From positions 1-13,146 of the forward strand of contig JBHLME010000124.1 of the NCBI GenBank assembly GCA_048938445.1: 13,146 nt of DNA. Reading direction: 5' to 3'. The translations under genes were made by a program, and so were the position numbers. Below, piece after piece: positions 7,234-13,146 of the stretch. Source of the DNA: Promethearchaeota archaeon. GTDB taxonomy: Archaea; Asgardarchaeota; Lokiarchaeia; Sigyniarchaeales; SOKP01. Numbering within the stretch: position 1 is the stretch's first letter; each line of letters opens with the position of its first letter. The notes under the pieces were generated by a model that was given only the letters and a program-made list of their open reading frames with translations, did no database searches and had not been told where the DNA came from.

Positions 7234-8094
7234 ATGAGTGTATTACCCGAAGATTTCAAGTATATAGATGCACACTGCCACTTTTTTCCACCGCAAATAA
7301 TGAAATCAATCTGGAAATTTTTTGAGAAATGTGATGAAAAGGGTAATGTCACACAATGGCCGATCAACTACAAGTTAAAACCAGAAAATTGCGTAAAATT
7401 TTTACATGAGCATCAAGTGGATGCATTTACGACGTATAATTATGCCCATAAAGCAGGAATTGCAGAATTCATTAATGAATGGATAAATGAATTTGTAAAA
7501 ATTCATCAAAATGCGATTCCCTTTGGGTGCGTATGGCCAGAAGATGATAATCGCATTGATTACATCAATAAAATTTTTGAAAAGTATAATTTTAAGGGAA
7601 TAAAGATTCAATTATTAGTCCAAAACTTTTATCCTGCTGATGAACGCATGGATTGTATTTATGACTTGATACTTGATAAAGGTAAATGGATTTGTTTTCA
7701 CGTGGGTACAGCACCTTATCCTAATAAATATGTAGGATACAAGCACTTTATTAAGTTTTTAAAAAAATATCCGGACATAAATATTATTGTAGCCCACATG
7801 GGTGCATTTGAATACAAGAAATTCATGAACTTGCTCGACTTACATGAAAATCTATATTTGGATACGACGATGATATACATTCCAAATAATATATTTCCAG
7901 AGAGGAAATCAAAACGACCTAAAGAAGAAGAGTTAATTACTTACCAAGATCGAATCCTTTATGGTTCTGATTTTCCAAATATTCCTTATGATTATCAATG
8001 TTCAAGGGAAGGACTCTTAAAAATGGATTTACCTAGAGAGGTTTATGAGAAAATTTTTTATAAAAATGCAAAAAGAATATTTGATTTACATTAG
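7234..8094 (+). CDS. Amidohydrolase_2-family TIM-barrel metallohydrolase
   Basis: IDAHCH (HxH), FHVG, VAHMG, NLYLDT, RILYGSDFP, KIFYKNAKRI motifs. Confidence 0.92.
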   Translation: MSVLPEDFKYIDAHCHFFPPQIMKSIWKFFEKCDEKGNVTQWPINYKLKPENCVKFLHEHQVDAFTTYNYAHKAGIAEFINEWINEFVKIHQNAIPFGCVWPEDDNRIDYINKIFEKYNFKGIKIQLLVQNFYPADERMDCIYDLILDKGKWICFHVGTAPYPNKYVGYKHFIKFLKKYPDINIIVAHMGAFEYKKFMNLLDLHENLYLDTTMIYIPNNIFPERKSKRPKEEELITYQDRILYGSDFPNIPYDYQCSREGLLKMDLPREVYEKIFYKNAKRIFDLH

Positions 8095-8129
8095 AGATTA
8101 ATAAAACATAATTAAATTGAAGATGAGAT

Positions 8130-8618
8130 ATGAGAGAAGTAAGTAAAGACGACAAGTTATTCTATTTCGAGAAAAGTTTCTTTACCCTTGATGGTTTATG
8201 GATGATAGAAACGGAAAAAATTACAGATTGGGAAACAGCATTAAAAATCGATGCGAAAGTATGGATCCGGTTAATGAGAATAATCATACATCGCATTAGA
8301 AAATATTTAAACATAGAAACTAATTCTTTAAAAGATTTAATAAATATTCTCACATTTAGATGGAGCGTCGAGGGTTGGGATTATGATATAGAAAAAAACG
8401 AAGAAAATCAAGCAATTATAAAAATCAATAATTGTCCTTATAACTCTATAATGAAGAGAAATCCAGAAAGGCATGAGAAAATACCATTAATATGTAAAGA
8501 AATGTGCTTACCCTTTTATAGCGAAATTGCTAAAGAATTTAATCCTGAAATTAAAATAGAACGTTCAAAATATATGGGATTAGGTGATGATAAATGCGAT
8601 TTCCATTTCAAGATTTGA
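8130..8618 (+). CDS. DUF6125 / V4R-like (ATC hydrolase-like) Cys-containing ligand-binding protein
   Basis: LDGLWMIETE N-terminal motif; NCPY...C...C...CDFHF Cys pattern; 35 bp after amidohydrolase. Confidence 0.72.
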   Translation: MREVSKDDKLFYFEKSFFTLDGLWMIETEKITDWETALKIDAKVWIRLMRIIIHRIRKYLNIETNSLKDLINILTFRWSVEGWDYDIEKNEENQAIIKINNCPYNSIMKRNPERHEKIPLICKEMCLPFYSEIAKEFNPEIKIERSKYMGLGDDKCDFHFKI

Positions 8619-8805
8619 TGATGCAAATTATTTTCTTATAAAACTAATTTGAATTTTTAATAATTTTTTATTATCTAATTTAATACTTCCTATGATAATT
8701 TCATTAGCATACAAAATTTTGTGAGCTTCATTCTTTAAATCTTTCATCTAGACACTAAATTGTAATGGATTTTTAGGATTTAAATTAGAATTTTAAGAAG
8801 AATTA

Positions 8806-9660
8806 TTAAAGGAGTTCTAGAAAATCTGCAGATTCTGAGACCATTTTTATCTTCACACCAAAATACATTTCAAGAATATTCATCAAAAATTTTAAATATA
8901 CCAAATCTAAATCTATTTTAAATCTATCCTTTAAAAAATTTAAAATAACTTTGGAATTTAATCGACCTTTTTCTTCATTATCCCTCGCAAGTTCCTCTAT
9001 TCCTTTCGTTAACCGAAATGATTTGTACAATTCATTCTTGATTATTATGAGGGAAGACTTAGCATCCATTTCAGAATAAAACTTTTGAACAATAATACTT
9101 TCGATTTTTGACTGTTTTGGATCAATAGTTTTATTCTTATCATATAAAATCTGATCTTTATCAAGTACTATCCAATCTTTATATGATGTTTTATTTTTTC
9201 TATAATATTGCCTTGAAAAAGTCTGTATTTCTAGTTTAAAGGATTCCTGTGTAATATATTTTAAAAACTCTAAAATAGTTTTCCCTATGAATTCCTCTTC
9301 AAAAAGAATTACCATTCTTTTACCAAAAAAAATTCCCCTAAGAATATTGATTAATAATGTAGGGAGTAGATTTATTTTCACAATATCAACATCGAAATTA
9401 ATTTTTTTTTCTTTATCGATATCCTCAAACGCTACTGTAGGAATTTTTATTTTAAAATCGGCAGTAAAAATATCTCTGAGAGCAAGGTTTCTATCTACAT
9501 AGGCTACAAGTGAGTGTGGGCAAATAAATCCTTCTGAGAGATTGATTGATGTTATACCTCGAGGAGAGTTTTTAAAAGGATATTCTTCAACTTGTAAAAC
9601 CCCGTGCCCCCCACAAGTCGGGCATCGAATCTTGATATCTACAATTCTTTTAGTATTCAT
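8806..9660 (-). CDS. Hypothetical protein with N-terminal CxxC...CxH zinc-binding module
   Basis: 284-aa ORF; RCPTCG...ICPHSLVAYVDRNLALRD followed by an alpha/beta and a helical region. Confidence 0.8.
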   Translation of the reverse strand: MNTKRIVDIKIRCPTCGGHGVLQVEEYPFKNSPRGITSINLSEGFICPHSLVAYVDRNLALRDIFTADFKIKIPTVAFEDIDKEKKINFDVDIVKINLLPTLLINILRGIFFGKRMVILFEEEFIGKTILEFLKYITQESFKLEIQTFSRQYYRKNKTSYKDWIVLDKDQILYDKNKTIDPKQSKIESIIVQKFYSEMDAKSSLIIIKNELYKSFRLTKGIEELARDNEEKGRLNSKVILNFLKDRFKIDLDLVYLKFLMNILEMYFGVKIKMVSESADFLELL

Positions 9661-9722
9661 TTATTTAGAGTTTTATTTTGTGTCTATTATAAAAAAAATA
9701 TTTATTTTTATTCAAATTAAAA

Positions 9723-10457
9723 TTAGTTTTCTTCAATTTTTAATAGTTTCTTGACGAATTTTGGCATGAACATTCCAATATAGAATGATATTGATCCAAT
9801 CATTATATAAGTTCTTACTATAGCTTGTAAAATTACATTGTCTGATACTAAAACATCACCTATACTTCCTGTTAGATAAGTAAAAAATGCAAAAATCAAG
9901 AATAAAGATTTCAAACGAGTTTCCTTATTTGAAGATTTTCGAGAGTCTCGGGCAAATAAGAATCCTGATATCACAATTGAAAAATTGATAAATAATAAAT
10001 AAGCAGTAGGTATAAGCTCATAATCTGTATTGAAACCTTCTGATTTTCCTATTAGCGTTGGATTAAATATTAAACCAACAATTAGAAAGATGTTGTATGA
10101 AATCATAATAATAGAATAAATTATTGCTAGTATCTTTCGCTTGTCCTTGAGAATCATTTCTGTTAAACCATAAATCCATGCAATCATAAAAAATGGAATG
10201 AAAAAAGTAGAGAGAAACATATAGAGCTGATCTGGTATCGTGTATCGAGTGATTAATGCATAAATAAACGATGTTGTAGTTCCCCACCAAGGTTGATAGA
10301 AACCACACCATGCAAAACCCCAGAAAAGAAAAAGTTTCGACTTATATTTGCGATACTTTAGCATTATGAGTATTCCGATAACCAATCCTACTATTGATAT
10401 AAGTAAGGCATTTAAACCACTAATAAAATTTTCAGGCGTTATGATTATTTCATCCAT
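9723..10457 (-). CDS. Polytopic (~7 TM) membrane protein, stand-alone sensor-like
   Basis: About seven hydrophobic segments, basic loop RDSRKSSNKETRLKS, C-terminal MPKFVKKLL; SD GAGTGA 6 nt before ATG. Confidence 0.8.
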   Translation of the reverse strand: MDEIIITPENFISGLNALLISIVGLVIGILIMLKYRKYKSKLFLFWGFAWCGFYQPWWGTTTSFIYALITRYTIPDQLYMFLSTFFIPFFMIAWIYGLTEMILKDKRKILAIIYSIIMISYNIFLIVGLIFNPTLIGKSEGFNTDYELIPTAYLLFINFSIVISGFLFARDSRKSSNKETRLKSLFLIFAFFTYLTGSIGDVLVSDNVILQAIVRTYIMIGSISFYIGMFMPKFVKKLLKIEEN

Positions 10458-10752
10458 TATTAGTCACTCATTAAAAATTTCTAATCGAAATTAATTCTTT
10501 TAAAATATATACAAAATAATGTATTTATAAATTTTTTATTATTAAGGAAACGGGGCATGATTATTTTTACAAAAAGCAAGATCAATATCACAGGTATTTA
10601 TCACATAAATACGATATGAAAAAATTATCAAATACAAGATTCGTTATAGAACTATTTACTTGAATTTTTGATGAAATACAGTCAAATAAATAGTTAATAA
10701 AAATTTTAGAGAAAAGATCTTCTTTTATATGATCTTCCAAATACCGTGTTTA

Positions 10753-10897
10753 GCTTGACTTGTATGAAAATCTTTATTTGGACACAAGGATGATATACAT
10801 TCCAATAATAACTTTTCTGAGAGGAAATCAAACCAACCAAAAGGAGAAGAGTTAAGGATTAGATGTTAATACATGCGATTTCCATTTCAAGGTATAA
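10753..10897 (+). pseudogene. Internally deleted, diverged duplicate of the amidohydrolase-DUF6125 pair
   Basis: 10753-10855 aligns to 7833-7936 (15 mismatches + 1 gap in 104) and is joined directly to 10856-10897, which aligns to 8577-8618 (35/42). Confidence 0.9.
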
Positions 10898-10906
10898 TCG
10901 TTTAAA

Positions 10907-11446
10907 TCATCTTTTTATAAAACTTATTAAGATTTTTAGTAGTTTTTTATTATCTATTTTCACATTTCCCATGATAATTTCATAATCATCTATTACTTTC
11001 CGAGCCTCATTCTTCATATCTCGATATACATCTAAAAAATCCCTCACTTCAAGATTATATTCTTCCCATCGTTTTACTACCTTATCAATACAAATAACAA
11101 CATCTTGAGCCCCTTTCATATTCCATAGACTTGTAATCAAAGAATCTCTGAACTCGTCATTTGGTATCTCGGGTAAGAAAGCATCAATAAAGCTTTTTGC
11201 TATATCCTTTCCAAAAGGATTTAAGGATTCGAAATTTCCAATCCATTCACGATCTAACATGAGAATCGCTTCATTAATTACTTCATGCTCGTCTATATAA
11301 ATCTCAATATCAATATGATCTTGAAAACCTCCCGGTTTGAGCATAATAGCATTTTTTGATGATTTTGTGGTGCTAATTTCGTGTAAATTAAAAAAAGTAT
11401 AAAACTCCGTCTTTTTAAATCCTGAAAACTTAAGTTTTTTATTAAC
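10907..11446 (-). CDS. Hypothetical protein (start uncertain: ATG 11344, or about 11446)
   Basis: Track ORF of 145 aa; frame stays open 34 codons upstream (VNKKLKFSGFKKTEFYTFFNLHEISTTKSSKNAI) to just below a GGTGA SD adjoining the OYE stop. Confidence 0.7.
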   Translation of the reverse strand, partial: VNKKLKFSGFKKTEFYTFFNLHEISTTKSSKNAIMLKPGGFQDHIDIEIYIDEHEVINEAILMLDREWIGNFESLNPFGKDIAKSFIDAFLPEIPNDEFRDSLITSLWNMKGAQDVVICIDKVVKRWEEYNLEVRDFLDVYRDMKNEARKVIDDYEIIMGNVKIDNKKLLKILISFIKR

Positions 11447-11457
11447 TTTTTATCACC

Positions 11458-12660
11458 CTACTCTTCCCTTTTTTCTGGAAATTTATTGACATAACACTTA
11501 GCGGGAAAATTATTCGGAAGCGCGGCCAAACATCGATTACATGAAATACAAGAAACCTTATCGATTTTTTTCTCTTTAATGTTTTTTACAAGCAAAGGAT
11601 CTCTAATAAAAGGACGACACATTGAAATAAAATCAGCATGTTTATTTTCTAATGTATCTTCCATGAGCGAAACAGTTCGAAATCCGCCTACAACAATTAA
11701 TGGAATGTTGTTTAGAACAGGTTTAATAATTTTTGCTGCCTCTAGATTATAACGTTCTACTAGATCAAATTTTCCAACCATTTGATTGAATATTTGTTCA
11801 CCTATTGGTTTTATATGGTTTGGAAGAAATTGTGTAATTTCCTTTACAGGAACATCTCCACGACACATGCTAAACATTGAATGACCTGTATCTCCGCAAC
11901 TTATTTCTAAAGCATCAATTCCCAGATCAACTAACCATTTTGAATATTTTACTGCTAAGTTAGGAGTAACTCCTTCTTTAGGAGTATGATCATGGGTATT
12001 CAATTTGACAAATAATGGAAAATCCTTGGGAACTACTTTTTTGACTTCTATAACAATTTCTTTTAGATATCGAAAATGATTTTCATCAGATCCACTCCAT
12101 TCATCCTTTCTTCGATTGTAAAAAGGAGATATAAACTGATTAATAAGATAACCATGTGCGGCATGTAATTGAATGGCATCAGCACCCGCCAAAACAGCTC
12201 GCCGGGCTGCTAAAGAAAAGTCTGATATTGAATCATATATCTGCTCTTCTGTCATTTCTTCTGGTTTGCTCATTGTTGTAGGATTCATCACTCTTTTTGA
12301 TGGTCCAATTGGAGTAGTTCCTATAACTCTCTCTGATGCGTGTAATCCTCCATGTGCAATTTGGAATGCGACTTTCCCATATTCTTGATGAATCGCATCT
12401 ACCATTTTTTTCAGTCCGGGAATCATATCATCGCTATGGATTCCAGTTTGATGTTTAAAAATTCTTCCAAAAGGATGAATATACATATAACCCGGTATGA
12501 TGAGCCCGACTTCTCCTTTTGCTAGAGTTTTTAATGTTTTAATAAGTGAATCTGTTACTTGTCCACTCGTTTTAGCCATTGCTTCACAAGTTGCCGAACG
12601 AACAAAACGATTCTTTACCTCCATTATTCCAATTTTCATTGGTTCAAATAAAATTGACAT
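11458..12660 (-). CDS. NADH:flavin oxidoreductase / Old Yellow Enzyme family
   Basis: LFEP...KNRFVRSAT, QIAHGG, AGADAIQLHAAHGYLINQFISP...NRRKDEW, CRPFIRDP, C-terminal CISCNRC...C. Confidence 0.95.
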   Translation of the reverse strand: MSILFEPMKIGIMEVKNRFVRSATCEAMAKTSGQVTDSLIKTLKTLAKGEVGLIIPGYMYIHPFGRIFKHQTGIHSDDMIPGLKKMVDAIHQEYGKVAFQIAHGGLHASERVIGTTPIGPSKRVMNPTTMSKPEEMTEEQIYDSISDFSLAARRAVLAGADAIQLHAAHGYLINQFISPFYNRRKDEWSGSDENHFRYLKEIVIEVKKVVPKDFPLFVKLNTHDHTPKEGVTPNLAVKYSKWLVDLGIDALEISCGDTGHSMFSMCRGDVPVKEITQFLPNHIKPIGEQIFNQMVGKFDLVERYNLEAAKIIKPVLNNIPLIVVGGFRTVSLMEDTLENKHADFISMCRPFIRDPLLVKNIKEKKIDKVSCISCNRCLAALPNNFPAKCYVNKFPEKREE

Positions 12661-12874
12661 TTAATTCGCCTTGTAACTTTATTAATTATTGATAGAAAAG
12701 ATGATAAATTAAATATCAACATAAATTAAAAATATTTAGATCATAATTATAGGGATATATCTTCAGATATTCCGAATAATATCAATTTCTAGATGATCCT
12801 TTATTATTTTTTCAAATGAAAGTATAGAGAAATCACATTTGAATTTTAAAAAAACAATAAAAAAATTTTTCTGA

Positions 12875-13146
12875 TTAGCGGAAGATCGGTGGTAAATGCT
12901 GTAAATAGTCTTTACCCATTATAGCATTTGCACAAATAAACCCAGAATGGGTAGCAGCTTCAATTCCTCCTTCATTAATGCGCTTTCCATATGTATCTCC
13001 AGCAAAATATAGTCCCTCGATAGTTGGACATTTTACATCCACCCACTCGTCCTCTGGGTGCCTCCACAGTATACATGTATCTCCAACGGTGAATAAGATA
13101 AATTCCAGAGAATTTCTCCAACCAGGGAATGCAGTATCCAAAAACT
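12875..13146 (-). CDS. C-terminus of FAD-dependent oxidoreductase (phytoene dehydrogenase-like), 5' end outside window
   Basis: Frame open to the window edge; IEGLYFAGD...GGIEAATHSG..CA is the C-terminal FAD-binding motif. Confidence 0.78.
   Translation of the reverse strand, partial: FLDTAFPGWRNSLEFILFTVGDTCILWRHPEDEWVDVKCPTIEGLYFAGDTYGKRINEGGIEAATHSGFICANAIMGKDYLQHLPPIFR

Noticed and set aside
10547-10700. Short open frame (ETGHDYFYKKQDQYHRYLSHKYDMKK...) before the relic
   Set aside because: No suitable start, about 40 codons, and no alignment to the amidohydrolase locus.
7833-10897. DGR template/variable repeat interpretation of the duplicated segments
   Set aside because: Mismatches include C/T and C/G and are not confined to adenines of one copy; no reverse transcriptase in the window.
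3000-12388. Track ORFs 3000-3287, 5625-5879, 5952-6140, 6516-6761, 7402-7611, 8162-8353, 9287-9502, 9542-9754, 10063-10311, 12173-12388
   Set aside because: They overlap better-supported genes in other frames or strands and have no recognisable motifs.
1-13146. CRISPR array, IS/transposase, integrase, rRNA/tRNA
   Set aside because: No regularly spaced repeats, terminal inverted repeats with transposase, or RNA gene consensus seen.

Overview
AT-rich archaeal-style window with about 16 protein genes and no rRNA, tRNA, CRISPR array or transposase. Gene content and GGTGA-type SD, TATA and oligo-T signals suggest Lokiarchaeia/Asgard (inference). Left to right: partial CocE/NonD hydrolase (-, missing from the ORF track), a decayed membrane ORF, a small ORF-PadR-Hsp20 cluster with a tandem-repeat promoter and structured 3' region, a helical hypothetical, two tandem DUF998/Frag1-clan membrane paralogs, a Zn-ribbon + LURP-one/scramblase-like protein, a CdrS-like RHH regulator (missing from the track), amidohydrolase + DUF6125/V4R-like pair, a Zn-binding hypothetical, a ~7TM protein, a hypothetical, an OYE-family oxidoreductase and the 3' end of an FAD oxidoreductase. 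Most notable: (1) a hidden internally deleted copy of the amidohydrolase-DUF6125 pair at 10753-10897; (2) two genes whose frames and SD spacing point to non-canonical starts (ATA, GTT); (3) a candidate PadR-controlled small heat-shock module; (4) a scramblase-like plus Frag1-clan neighbourhood. All alignments and counts were done by hand; no database searches were run.
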